This document shows positions 37,532 through 47,171 of a DNA stretch of 64,000 nt, piece after piece. The position numbers and the translations under genes are program-made. The DNA comes from Ignavibacteriota bacterium. Its GTDB lineage: Bacteria; Bacteroidota; Ignavibacteria; Ignavibacteriales; Melioribacteraceae. The stretch is from NCBI GenBank assembly GCA_043807765.1, contig JAZDFQ010000098.1, forward strand, positions 19,349-83,348, in the 5' to 3' direction. Under the pieces are notes generated by a model. The model did not search any database and was not told the origin of the DNA. It worked only from the letters and a program-made list of their open reading frames with translations. Numbering within the stretch: position 1 is the stretch's first letter; each line of letters opens with the position of its first letter.

Positions 37532-38431
37532 TTACATTTTTAAAATATTTTTAATCTTTTTCCATAGTTTATTACGTTTTTTATAGCTCCATAATAATAT
37601 TTCATTCCACTCCCAACCACATGAAGAGCAATAGATGTTTTCGTCAACCGGATTAATATCGAATGTCGTAAAATTATCACAATGAAGACATTGTCTTTCA
37701 CCGGTTATAAGCTTCTTTTGTAAAAATTGTTGAAGAAGATAGTTAACAGGATCAAGCAAATTAAGTATTTGGGTTGTAAGCTCACGCTTTGCAATATCCA
37801 TTTCCAATCCTCTAAATCTGATTACAAATAAATGAATCATTGTCATTTCGTATGAAGTTAGATAACCAATATTGTAAGAATACTTTTTTAAATGTCCATC
37901 TTTAACCAATTCCCACTGGATTGGGGTGTACCCATTCAACGTAAGTTTTCCTAATCCAAGAAAGCATGTTGCCAGGTCTGTAAGGCGCTCATTTTCGAGT
38001 GTATCTGGTAATCGAATATTTTTTTGTTCAAGAAAATAATGTGTCAATTCATGCGCAAGTATTGCTGCCATGATAATTGGTGAATGTTTATTGGTTATGT
38101 TTAATTCAATTCTGCTATGATATGGTCCATTGTGTTTTATTAACCCCGGTGGGATATTATCTTTTGACCAATCGTGAGAAATGTTTGTTAATGGGTTTTC
38201 TATGCCGTTCCACTCTTCTATAACTGGGCAATTTGTCAACCCAATAAATTCCGCAAGCATTTTTATCCCCTCATTTAAAACCTGTGTTGTGCCTTGAGCT
38301 AAGAATCCGTAAAAACCAGGAGTTGGGTCAAAGAAAAAATCCTCTTTCGAACCAAGCTTGAATAAACCAATTTGTGAGTTAAGATATCTGAACTTTGATT
38401 CTATCCAGCTATAGTTTATTCTCTCTGTCAT
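37532..38431 (-). CDS. Hypothetical zinc metallopeptidase-like protein (HExxH, ImmA/IrrE-like) with C-terminal zinc ribbon
   Basis: ILAHELTH followed by ENERLTD; CLHC...CSSC near the C-terminus. Confidence 0.6.
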   Translation of the reverse strand: MTERINYSWIESKFRYLNSQIGLFKLGSKEDFFFDPTPGFYGFLAQGTTQVLNEGIKMLAEFIGLTNCPVIEEWNGIENPLTNISHDWSKDNIPPGLIKHNGPYHSRIELNITNKHSPIIMAAILAHELTHYFLEQKNIRLPDTLENERLTDLATCFLGLGKLTLNGYTPIQWELVKDGHLKKYSYNIGYLTSYEMTMIHLFVIRFRGLEMDIAKRELTTQILNLLDPVNYLLQQFLQKKLITGERQCLHCDNFTTFDINPVDENIYCSSCGWEWNEILLWSYKKRNKLWKKIKNILKM

Positions 38432-38625
38432 TTATCATATCTCCGAAGTACTCGGTTGTGTCTTAAGTAATTCAATCGTAAGCTTTTGCTTTCAATAGGG
38501 AATTGTCCTTTTTAAGCATAAAAATAAGTGTAAAAAGGTTCCCGTGGTCATATTGAATGGAATCCCGTTACTGTTTGCAAATTACTTGTTAGCATTTGCA
38601 ATTTCAAGAAAACAAAACTTGCCGC

Positions 38626-38733
38626 TCTCCCTCCTTACTAAGGAGGGAGACAAAGAGGGAGGTAAAGCTTTAACCTCACCCCCGCACACAGCGCGGGGCA
38701 AGCCCAACCCCTCTCCTTGAAAAAAGGAGAGGG
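38626..38733. repeat. Hairpin plus direct repeat copy 1, downstream of DUF559 gene
   Basis: 12-bp-arm hairpin TCTCCCTCCTTA-C-TAAGGAGGGAGA; 35-bp unit at 38670-38704; CCCTCTCCTT..AAGGAGAGGG hairpin at 38709-38733. Confidence 0.9.
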
Positions 38734-38737
38734 ACTT

Positions 38738-39115
38738 TTAAATTCTTTTTGAAGTAAGCTTTTTAATTGTTTCTTTTATTTTGTTTTCCGCATAATCGCC
38801 ATTATCAACAAACTCTTCGTTTGTAAAACGCAAAAAGGTGATTCCAATACTTTCTAAAAACTTCTGGCGTTCAATGTCATACAGTTTTTGAGCTGGTTCG
38901 TTGTGTATTCCGCCGTCAAGTTCTATCGCTAACTTTAATTCCGGTGAATAGAAATCAATTACATATCTGTCAACGGAAAATTGTCGCCTAAACTTGCAGC
39001 CAAACAAAACTCTGTTTCGCAAAACCATCCACGCAACCTTTTCCGCGTAGGTTTGTTCTTTACGTAATTTTCTGCGTGTATCCTTTAGTTCGGTTTTGTT
39101 GTAGATGCGAGTCAT
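38738..39115 (-). CDS. DUF559 / Vsr-like endonuclease-domain protein
   Basis: RRKLRKEQTYAE..W..LRNR; KFRRQ...YVIDFY; IELDGGIH; D..R..FLES.GI..LRF. Confidence 0.93.
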   Translation of the reverse strand: MTRIYNKTELKDTRRKLRKEQTYAEKVAWMVLRNRVLFGCKFRRQFSVDRYVIDFYSPELKLAIELDGGIHNEPAQKLYDIERQKFLESIGITFLRFTNEEFVDNGDYAENKIKETIKKLTSKRI

Positions 39116-39128
39116 AGTTGTTTTACCG

Positions 39129-39189
39129 TTAACCTCACCCCCGCACACAGCGCGGGGCAAGCCTTACCCTCTCCTTATCAAGGAGAGGG
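39129..39189. repeat. Direct repeat copy 2, upstream of DUF559 gene
   Basis: TTAACCTCACCCCCGCACACAGCGCGGGGCAAGCC identical to 38670-38704, then CCCTCTCCTT-ATC-AAGGAGAGGG. Confidence 0.9.
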
Positions 39190-39196
39190 AATACTA

Positions 39197-40090
39197 TTAT
39201 TTCTTTTTCAACTGCACCAGCAGCGCGCCCGCCGCGGCAATTAACATTCCGGCAAATTCTTTTAGTGTAATTGTTTCGCCAAGAAATACCCACGCAAGAA
39301 TTGCAATTTGTATCAGCATTGTTCCGTTAATGATGGATGATTCCATAGCGGTGAGTGAACGGAGAGATAAATTCCAAAGAGTGAATGCGAGCGCGGTGTT
39401 AATTCCGGCAAGCCAGAGTAAGAATAGAATATTCTTCAATCCAATTGCTGGAAAACCTTGTACAGCAATTCCTACAATAAGAAGAACAATAGAGCCAACG
39501 CCCATGCTTATAATAGTTACGGTTAGCGGATGTAACTTTCCGCCCCGGTTAACCGATCTACCGAGAATTGAAGAGCTTGCGTTTGCGATTACACCGACGG
39601 ACATTACAATCAATCCGGTAATTCTGCTTGCGGATAAATCCGCCGGAAAGAAATAAACCATAACTCCCGCTAAAAATAAAAACGCGCCAAACCATTGGCG
39701 GGAAGAGGGGGTTTCAGAAAGCAGAAATATTCCCATTACGGCAACAACAACCGGAGTAAAGTTGAGCATAAGGCTAACAGTTACAGCCGGAAGAAGAGAG
39801 AGACCGAGAAACTGAGTTCCTTGTGTAAAAGTGTAAAAAATAAAACCAAGAGCAATAAGTTTTTGCCAATCGCGTTTTTCAATTTTTTTAATTTCTTCAA
39901 TCCGTTCTTTTCTTAACGCGAATGGAAGTAAGCAAATAAACGCAATTGTGTAACGCAAGCCCGCGTAGGTAAGTGGTGGAATCTCACCAAGCCCAAGTTT
40001 TATAATTATAAATGATGTAGACCATAAAAAGGTAACAAGTAGCGCAGTAAAGATTGCGGAAGTATGTGAATGAGTTTTGGGTCTATTCAT
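39197..40090 (-). CDS. EamA/DMT-family transporter
   Basis: About 10 TM segments; [10 protein letters not shown]...[10 protein letters not shown]; LGETIT. Confidence 0.9.
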
Positions 40091-40153
40091 TTTTTGTAAT
40101 TACTGTCAGAAAAATTTTTATAAATGTGTTTTTAGATTGCCTCGCTTTATTTT

Positions 40154-40222
<69 letters not shown>

Positions 40223-40226
40223 ATAG

Positions 40227-42995
40227 CTACTTCTTTTCCCTATTCTCCAAACGGTCTTTATCTTTTTCTTTTGCTTCGCGCATCATATCCGGCACGTTAT
40301 CAATTTCGGGAGATTCTTCAAGCGATTTCCAATCAAACTTTTCATCAAGCGGATCGAGCGCTTTCTGCGGATCAAAGATTCTTGCATCAACATTTAGCGC
40401 GTTGTAAGGAGTGAAATCGGGTTTGTCTGTAAAGAAATCTGCAAAATCATTCGCACCGGTATCATACTGGTTTAAATAAGGGATGCCTAGAACATTCCAG
40501 AATGTTTTAAAGATACTTCCAAAACTGTAATGCACGTGGCTTACATAATTCTTTTTAACATAGGGTGAGATTACCATCAGAATACTTCTGTGCGCATCGA
40601 CGTGATCAACACCGTTTTGTGCATCATCTTCTGTAATAACAATCATCATGTTTTTCCAGTAAGGAGTGTGCGAAAGAAATTCTACAATTCTACCAACGGC
40701 AAGATCGTTATCCGCCATGTAGCTTTCGCGAAAAGGATAACCGGTATCGGGTCTTTCTCCCGCGCCGTGATCGTTTGGAATTATTACAGTAAGCATAGAT
40801 GGAATTTCTTTCTTCTCATCAAGCCACTTTTCCTTAAACTCTTTTGTGAACATATCAATTCTAAACTGATCCGGAATAGAAGTGTTGTAAGTTGGATAAA
40901 TCTTGGAAGAGTTTGCAAACAATGGCGCCGGAAGAGGAAAGTTTGCAATGTGTCTAACGCCGCCCTGTTTATATTTTACATCATAGTCGGCGGGTTCAAA
41001 CATTAATGCAAAACCAAAATTGAAAAAACTTTTCTTGTTGCGGTCGAGATGATCCCACATCGAACCGGCTTCGTTAAAATCTTCGGGATAAATAGCTCCG
41101 GCGGAGCCGGTAAACGATAACATGCCGGGCGATTTTGAATTCTCTTTGTACTCGCGGTTGTCGCCATAACTTGCGGGGACCGTTGTCTCAACCCATTCAT
41201 TTGGATAAGTGTTTGAAAGCCAGCGGTGTCCATCGGCAGACACATCCGCATCAACATAAAAATTATCGCTCATAGCAAAACGTTTGGCAAGCGCGATGTG
41301 GTTTGGCATAACGGTGGCGTTGTTAACCGAAGCCGTTTTGCTTCTGTTGGTAAAAGAAACATTGTAACCGTAGCGCGCTATTGTTGAATCACCATCTGCG
41401 TTTTTAACTTGCCCAAAGACTTCATCATAAGTTCTGTTTTCTTTTGATATGAACACAATATGTTTAATTGGGCTTACTTTTTCTTTTGGATAAAGAGGAA
41501 TTGGATTGTTTTTCCGTTCGGCAAAGCGCGGCGAGTTTGATTGCTCAATTCTGAAATTATTCGCAACTACTTTTTGTGTTAGAGATTTTAATTCTTCGTC
41601 TGTAGGAATATTAAAAACCGCAACTGTTCCTTTCATCAAACTGCCTATGTAACTTCCTTCCGCACCACGCTTAAAAATAGTGCCGCCGTTTGGCCCGCTG
41701 CCGAATCCTTTTGCGTTGGCAACGATGATTTTCTTGCCGTCGTTGCTCAATTTTAATTTAGCGGGAAACCAACCGGTTGGAATATGACCGAGAACCCCGA
41801 GCTTAGCTACATCAATAACGGCTATTGCGTTAATGCCGGATTCGGCAACGTACAATCTTGTTTGATCCGGAGAGAGAGTTAAGCCGTAAGGAATTACTCC
41901 ACGGAAATGTTTCAGTCTTTCATCGAGAACAAGCTTGATTGTCTTTACTACTTTCTTCTTTTGAATATCAATCACAGAAATGTTATCGTTAGTTCCGTTG
42001 CTTACAAACGCTAGTTTATTAGTTGCGGCAATTGAGTTTGGGCTGGCACCGCCGATTGCCGGAATGTCTTCAATCTTTTCTCCAATCTGAATTCCGGTTT
42101 TAATTTTTGCAATTACCTTTGCTTGTGTTTTGTTTTCAATTACAAAAACCGAAAACGCTTTAGCATCGCAAGGATTTCCAAGTCCCGGAACTTCAAACTC
42201 ATCATTCTTAATTCCTTCTTCCGACTCTTTAGATAAGTATGAAAACGGAGGAAAGTTCATTCCCTTCTTTTTGCCATCTAAGATTTTGATTTTCTTGTAT
42301 TCATACATTCCAACGTTAGCCACAAAAATATTTTTTTCATCCGGCGAAAGTGTAATTCCGAAAGGATAACGCCCAACCGGCACGTTTTGAATTACTTTAC
42401 GGCTTCTTGTATCAACAACAATCATTCTAAAATTTATCTGGTCTACTGCAAAAAGTTTTTTACCGTCTTTTGTTATAACCATATCGCCGATGTATCCATG
42501 CGAGTAGTCATTCTGTTTTGTGCTTGCAGAACAATCAATGGAATCAATGCGGTTTCCGGTCTCAAGATTGAAGAGATATATTTTATTTGTTTCGCCGCCA
42601 CTTACATAAACAGTTTTATTATCCGGCGAAATCGCTAATCCCATAAACACAGATTCAAGTACACCCTTGTCGGTAGAAGCACCGGGCGGAACTTGAATCA
42701 CTAGCGGATTCTCGCTTAAAATATTTTTTATGATTGTTATGGAAAGCGGGCCTGTTCCGGAGTTTGCCGTTACTGCGGTATTTCCATCCGGACTTAACAC
42801 CAATCCGTATGGGTGTGGCGCAGTTGTAATTTGTTTCCCTAGCGGAGTGATAAATCTTCCGTTTGGAATTACGGTTATTCCGCCGCGATTTATTTTTGTA
42901 AACTCTTTATACGACGGTGCCGATAAAATCCAAAGATCGTTTTGCGCAATAAGGGTTGAAGTGATTAAGGCAAAGAAGTAAAAATATCTTTTCAT
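40227..42995 (-). CDS. YncE/YVTN beta-propeller fused to phosphoesterase (alkaline phosphatase-like) domain
   Basis: Repeated LSPDG..YVA propeller blades; [39 protein letters not shown]. Confidence 0.9.
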   Translation of the reverse strand: MKRYFYFFALITSTLIAQNDLWILSAPSYKEFTKINRGGITVIPNGRFITPLGKQITTAPHPYGLVLSPDGNTAVTANSGTGPLSITIIKNILSENPLVIQVPPGASTDKGVLESVFMGLAISPDNKTVYVSGGETNKIYLFNLETGNRIDSIDCSASTKQNDYSHGYIGDMVITKDGKKLFAVDQINFRMIVVDTRSRKVIQNVPVGRYPFGITLSPDEKNIFVANVGMYEYKKIKILDGKKKGMNFPPFSYLSKESEEGIKNDEFEVPGLGNPCDAKAFSVFVIENKTQAKVIAKIKTGIQIGEKIEDIPAIGGASPNSIAATNKLAFVSNGTNDNISVIDIQKKKVVKTIKLVLDERLKHFRGVIPYGLTLSPDQTRLYVAESGINAIAVIDVAKLGVLGHIPTGWFPAKLKLSNDGKKIIVANAKGFGSGPNGGTIFKRGAEGSYIGSLMKGTVAVFNIPTDEELKSLTQKVVANNFRIEQSNSPRFAERKNNPIPLYPKEKVSPIKHIVFISKENRTYDEVFGQVKNADGDSTIARYGYNVSFTNRSKTASVNNATVMPNHIALAKRFAMSDNFYVDADVSADGHRWLSNTYPNEWVETTVPASYGDNREYKENSKSPGMLSFTGSAGAIYPEDFNEAGSMWDHLDRNKKSFFNFGFALMFEPADYDVKYKQGGVRHIANFPLPAPLFANSSKIYPTYNTSIPDQFRIDMFTKEFKEKWLDEKKEIPSMLTVIIPNDHGAGERPDTGYPFRESYMADNDLAVGRIVEFLSHTPYWKNMMIVITEDDAQNGVDHVDAHRSILMVISPYVKKNYVSHVHYSFGSIFKTFWNVLGIPYLNQYDTGANDFADFFTDKPDFTPYNALNVDARIFDPQKALDPLDEKFDWKSLEESPEIDNVPDMMREAKEKDKDRLENREKK

Positions 42996-43066
42996 TATGA
43001 ATTTCTTTTATTGAGAATGGAGCATTATATAAAGCTAAAGCATCCTATTGCGGATGCTTAATTAAG

Positions 43067-43429
43067 TTACTTACCGAGCAAAAGTTTGAATGCGTAAACC
43101 AGCAGAAATACTGCAAATATCTTTTTCAAAATAGCATCCGGCATAGATGTTACATATTTAGAAGTGAGGTAGCTGCCGATTACAAAGGTAACAACCATAA
43201 AAGCTACAGCTTTATAATTGATCAATCCGGCTTTGTGATAGTTCATTACCGCTAAAATGCCAATAGGTAATAGCAGCAAGGCAATAGAGGTGCCTTGAGC
43301 TTCTTTTTGTGTGTAGCCGAGAAAACCAACCAACATTGGGATAATGATTATTCCTCCGCCAATGCCAAGCAAACCGCTAAGCAATCCTGCCGCCAACCCA
43401 ATTAACAAGAGTATAAATGTTTCGTTCAT
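43067..43429 (-). CDS. Half-size TauE/SafE-family membrane protein
   Basis: GLLSGLLGIGGGIIIIP...AQGTS; 120 aa. Confidence 0.85.
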   Translation of the reverse strand: MNETFILLLIGLAAGLLSGLLGIGGGIIIIPMLVGFLGYTQKEAQGTSIALLLLPIGILAVMNYHKAGLINYKAVAFMVVTFVIGSYLTSKYVTSMPDAILKKIFAVFLLVYAFKLLLGK

Positions 43430-43434
43430 TTTTT

Positions 43435-43485
43435 CTTTGTGTCCTTTGTGATCTGTTTAATGCATGCTTTGTGCTCTTCGTGGTT
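43435..43485. repeat. Degenerate nonamer repeat remnant
   Basis: CTTTGTGTC-CTTTGTGA (43435-43451) and CTTTGTGCT-CTTCGTGGTT (43467-43485). Confidence 0.55.
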
Positions 43486-43515
43486 AAGTCTTTTTTCTAA
43501 ATGAGCAGAGCAAAG

Positions 43516-45159
43516 TTAGTCTTTTACCAGCACCATCAACAATCGCTCATTCGCGTCAATTGTAAACTCGTCATTTTGATTAAGCGTAAGTTCTCCTTTA
43601 CCATCAGACATAGCTAAACGTTTTATTTCGCCGGCTATTTTTACTTCGACCGGAAGCGGGAACGAAATGTTGTTTTCCGTTTCCCACCAAAGCACAATTT
43701 TGCTTTGACCTTTTTTGTAATGCAGTTTTGGCAGAGAAGCCTGGCGCATATAAACTTCCCAGAACCAATCTAATTTTTTACCAGAAATTCTTTCTGCCAT
43801 TTGAAGAAACTCATCAGTTGTAGCGTTACGGCATTGCGCACCGGTTTTAATTCTTTCCATCTCTTCGGTAGGATAAGCCCAGCGTCTGAAAACCTTAAAG
43901 AAAGTTTCATCACCCAAATAGTAGCGCAAAGTATGAAGAATCCATGCGCCTTTATAATAAATGTCGTTACCGTAAACCTCTCCCGATGTCTTTTCGCCGC
44001 GAGGTGCTAACGGTTGTTTGTTGGAAAAACGCTTAATGCTTTTCATGTAATCGAAATACATTTGCTTGCCGAAAACAATTTCCAGGTAAAGGGGCTGCAT
44101 GTAAGTTCCGGTTCCCTCGTGAATCCAAAAGTCGCTCCAATCGGCAACAGTAACTAAATTTCCCCACCACTCGTGAGAAAACTCATGATGGTGAAGCCAG
44201 TCGAATGGAAAATCTTTGTGGTTTTTCCATCCGGCTCCATAAGCAATAGCAGTCTGATGTTCCATTCCAAGATGAGGTGCTTCTACAACAGAATATTTAT
44301 CAACTCTAAATGGATATGGACCAAGTAGTTCTTCGTTAACTTTCATATGCAGAAGAAACTGAGGCGCGTGAACTTTTGCCTTTTCCAAACTTTCCGGTAA
44401 AACCCAAACTGAAAACGGAATTGTTTCGCCGGTTACACTAGTATAATCATATTTAATAGCATGGTAGGGACCCAAGTAAAACATTACATTATAATTGTTG
44501 ATTGGTGTGTGTGAAAACCAACTCCATGTTTTTGTACCATTCTTGTTATCAACTGAAGAAATAAATTTTCCGGAACCAATGCAAACTAAGTTTGCCGGAA
44601 CAGTAAAGTGAGTTGCAACTGAATCCGGTTCATCGCTAGGATGATCTTTGCAAGGCCACCAAATATCTGCACCACCGCCTTGGCAAGTTACAGTAACCCA
44701 ATCCGTTCCATCTTTGGTTTTTGACCAGATAAATCCATCATCCCACGGCGGACGCTTGGCAACTCTTGGTGCCCCGGCATAGGAGATTTTAATAGAAAAA
44801 GTTTCTCCTCTTTTTACCGGGGAAGGAAACTCTAATAAAATTTTTCCATTCTTTGTCTTAAAAGGAATTTCTGATTCGCCATTTTCTTTGTTAATCAGAG
44901 AAATATCATTAATTGTGTAAGTAGTATCAAGATTAATCATCATCGTTTTGAATTCGTTTACGGCGGTTGCAGTAATGATCGTAAATCCGGCAATCGCTTT
45001 TTCTACAGGATCAATATCAAGATGAATATCGTAAAATTTAACATCGTAGCATTTTTGTTCCGGGATTAGTTTTCCGCCACTGTCTTGCGAGCCAAATTTT
45101 GGAATTAAAGTAAAGTTGATGAAAAGTAGTGCGGCTAGTGCGAAGAGAGTTTTTTTCAT
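43516..45159 (-). CDS. M1-family zinc aminopeptidase, secreted
   Basis: GMEH exopeptidase motif; HEFSHEWWGN; WIHEG; YYKGAW. Confidence 0.92.
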   Translation of the reverse strand: MKKTLFALAALLFINFTLIPKFGSQDSGGKLIPEQKCYDVKFYDIHLDIDPVEKAIAGFTIITATAVNEFKTMMINLDTTYTINDISLINKENGESEIPFKTKNGKILLEFPSPVKRGETFSIKISYAGAPRVAKRPPWDDGFIWSKTKDGTDWVTVTCQGGGADIWWPCKDHPSDEPDSVATHFTVPANLVCIGSGKFISSVDNKNGTKTWSWFSHTPINNYNVMFYLGPYHAIKYDYTSVTGETIPFSVWVLPESLEKAKVHAPQFLLHMKVNEELLGPYPFRVDKYSVVEAPHLGMEHQTAIAYGAGWKNHKDFPFDWLHHHEFSHEWWGNLVTVADWSDFWIHEGTGTYMQPLYLEIVFGKQMYFDYMKSIKRFSNKQPLAPRGEKTSGEVYGNDIYYKGAWILHTLRYYLGDETFFKVFRRWAYPTEEMERIKTGAQCRNATTDEFLQMAERISGKKLDWFWEVYMRQASLPKLHYKKGQSKIVLWWETENNISFPLPVEVKIAGEIKRLAMSDGKGELTLNQNDEFTIDANERLLMVLVKD

Positions 45160-45335
45160 AGCAAATTCCTAAAAGTATGCGTAAATGTCGAAGTGAAATC
45201 TTAGTGATTATTTCTAATGCAAATTTGAGTTTGATTGGATAAAAGTCAACATTAAGAGCAAATTAGTGGGGTAAAGTTTTATTGTTTTTTTACCCGACCC
45301 AATAAAGTATTTTAACAGTAACAAAATACTTATTC

Positions 45336-47171
45336 ATGCTAAATCTATATACAACAAGTCTGCGCAGCAAAATTATTCTGGGCTTTACGGTTATTTTGCT
45401 GATTATGTTTCTGGCAACTCTGTGGAGCATCTATAATTTTTACCGCTTTAATGAATATATCAAGCAAACGATGCAAGACAACTATTCGGTTATTATCTAT
45501 TCCGATAACATGAGTAAATCTTTGGATGAGCAAGTTGAAGCCGTAATTGTAATGTTTAACCAAGATTTTGCCAGAGGAGACAGCCTCTTTACAATTAGCA
45601 CCGGAGAATTTTTTGATTGGCACCAAAAGACTAGAGAAGTTGCACTTTCCAATGAAGAGAAGAAAATTCTTGATGATATGCAAATTGAGCTGACTAAGTT
45701 CAAAGAAGAAAACATAAACACCCTTGATTATAAAATTTATTTGCGTGGAGAAGCGCCAAAAGTTAAAGTAGACCTTGGAAATTTAATTATGCAGCTTCAG
45801 TCTATTAAAGGAAAGTGTAATAGAATTCTGGAGCTGAACCATACGTCACTTGATGAATCGGTGCAAAATGTTAAAACGATAACTCAAACTGCTGCAATAA
45901 CAATTCTATTTATTCTACTTGGGGCAATATTTATAAGCTTTGTTTTCGGAACTAAATTCTCAAACTATATTGTCCGCCCGCTAACAAAACTAAGACAGTC
46001 GGTTTCTCACGTGGCCGAAGGAAATTTTAGTGAACGTATTGAGCTGGATGAAAATTCCGACGAGATAAACACACTTGCTGATGAATTTAATAAAATGAGC
46101 GAACGGCTTCAGATGTATGAACAGCTCAACCTAAATAAAATTTTGTATGAGAAAAGGAAGTCGGAACTGCTTATTGAAGGAATGAACGAGCCTGTTTTGA
46201 TGGTTGACGAGAATTTCAAAATTCTTCTTTCGAACAAGGCTTTTAACGAAATCTTTGGAGAGAAGGCAATAAAGAAAGTCGAAATAAAAAAGATATTAAA
46301 GAATGAACGAACTAAAGCCCGAAATAAAAACAACAGAGATTTTGCGATTAAGAAAGAAGAGATTATTAACTTAAAAGGTAGCGATGGCTCTCAGAGGTAT
46401 TTTAATGTTGTGGCGGCTTCATTAGATATTTTAGAGAGCAAGACACAAGGGACAGTTTTTGTTTTCAACGATATAACTAAGTATCAAGAACTTGATAGAA
46501 TGAAAAGCGAATTCATTGCTAAAGTTTCTCACGAGTTAAAGACGCCTCTTACTTCGATGGGAATGGCTCTTGGGCTCTTTGAAGATGGTGTTGTTGGAGA
46601 AGTTAACGATAAGCAGAAAGATCTCATTGTCTCTATGAAAGAAGATTATGATCGATTAAATAAGCTGGTCTATGAAATTTTAGAGCTTACAAAACTTGAA
46701 GCAAATATTGGCAGAATAAAATTTGAAGCTTTCGAAGCCTCAAAACTTGTTGAGTATGTTGCTAAAAAATTTTCCATCCATGCAAAAGAGAAAAATATAA
46801 ATTTGGAAGTTGTAGACCAGAGTATGGGCTCTAAAATAAACGGTAATATTAACAACATGATTAGCGCCGTAGAAAATCTTGTTTCCAACTCGCTTCGTTT
46901 CACTCCAAACGGAGGAGAGATTAAAGTTGAATTCATCAAAAAAGAAGACGATTTGTTTATTGAGATTTCCGATACGGGCATAGGAATTAGTCCGGCAAAT
47001 CTAAAAATGGTGTTTGATAAATTTATTCAAATAGATGATTCGGCTCCGGGAAGTCTTGGTCTTGGACTTTCAATAGCAAAGGAAATTATCGAAATTCACA
47101 ATGGAGAAATAAAAGCTTTCAGCGAACTTGGCAAAGGAAGTACATTTCAAATTAAATTACCGGTAGCGTAG
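45336..47171 (+). CDS. Sensor histidine kinase (periplasmic helical sensor, HAMP, PAS-like, HisKA, HATPase)
   Basis: Two TM helices; VSHELKTPL H-box; NLVSNSLRF N-box; DTGIG and GLGL boxes. Confidence 0.95.
   Translation: MLNLYTTSLRSKIILGFTVILLIMFLATLWSIYNFYRFNEYIKQTMQDNYSVIIYSDNMSKSLDEQVEAVIVMFNQDFARGDSLFTISTGEFFDWHQKTREVALSNEEKKILDDMQIELTKFKEENINTLDYKIYLRGEAPKVKVDLGNLIMQLQSIKGKCNRILELNHTSLDESVQNVKTITQTAAITILFILLGAIFISFVFGTKFSNYIVRPLTKLRQSVSHVAEGNFSERIELDENSDEINTLADEFNKMSERLQMYEQLNLNKILYEKRKSELLIEGMNEPVLMVDENFKILLSNKAFNEIFGEKAIKKVEIKKILKNERTKARNKNNRDFAIKKEEIINLKGSDGSQRYFNVVAASLDILESKTQGTVFVFNDITKYQELDRMKSEFIAKVSHELKTPLTSMGMALGLFEDGVVGEVNDKQKDLIVSMKEDYDRLNKLVYEILELTKLEANIGRIKFEAFEASKLVEYVAKKFSIHAKEKNINLEVVDQSMGSKINGNINNMISAVENLVSNSLRFTPNGGEIKVEFIKKEDDLFIEISDTGIGISPANLKMVFDKFIQIDDSAPGSLGLGLSIAKEIIEIHNGEIKAFSELGKGSTFQIKLPVA

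Noticed and set aside
38432-38570. Possible gene remnant upstream of the metallopeptidase
   Set aside because: Short frames broken by stops, with no recognisable family
39105-39656. 183-aa plus-strand ORF, and the many other short antisense ORFs in the track
   Set aside because: Shadow frames of well-supported genes, with no motifs or RBS
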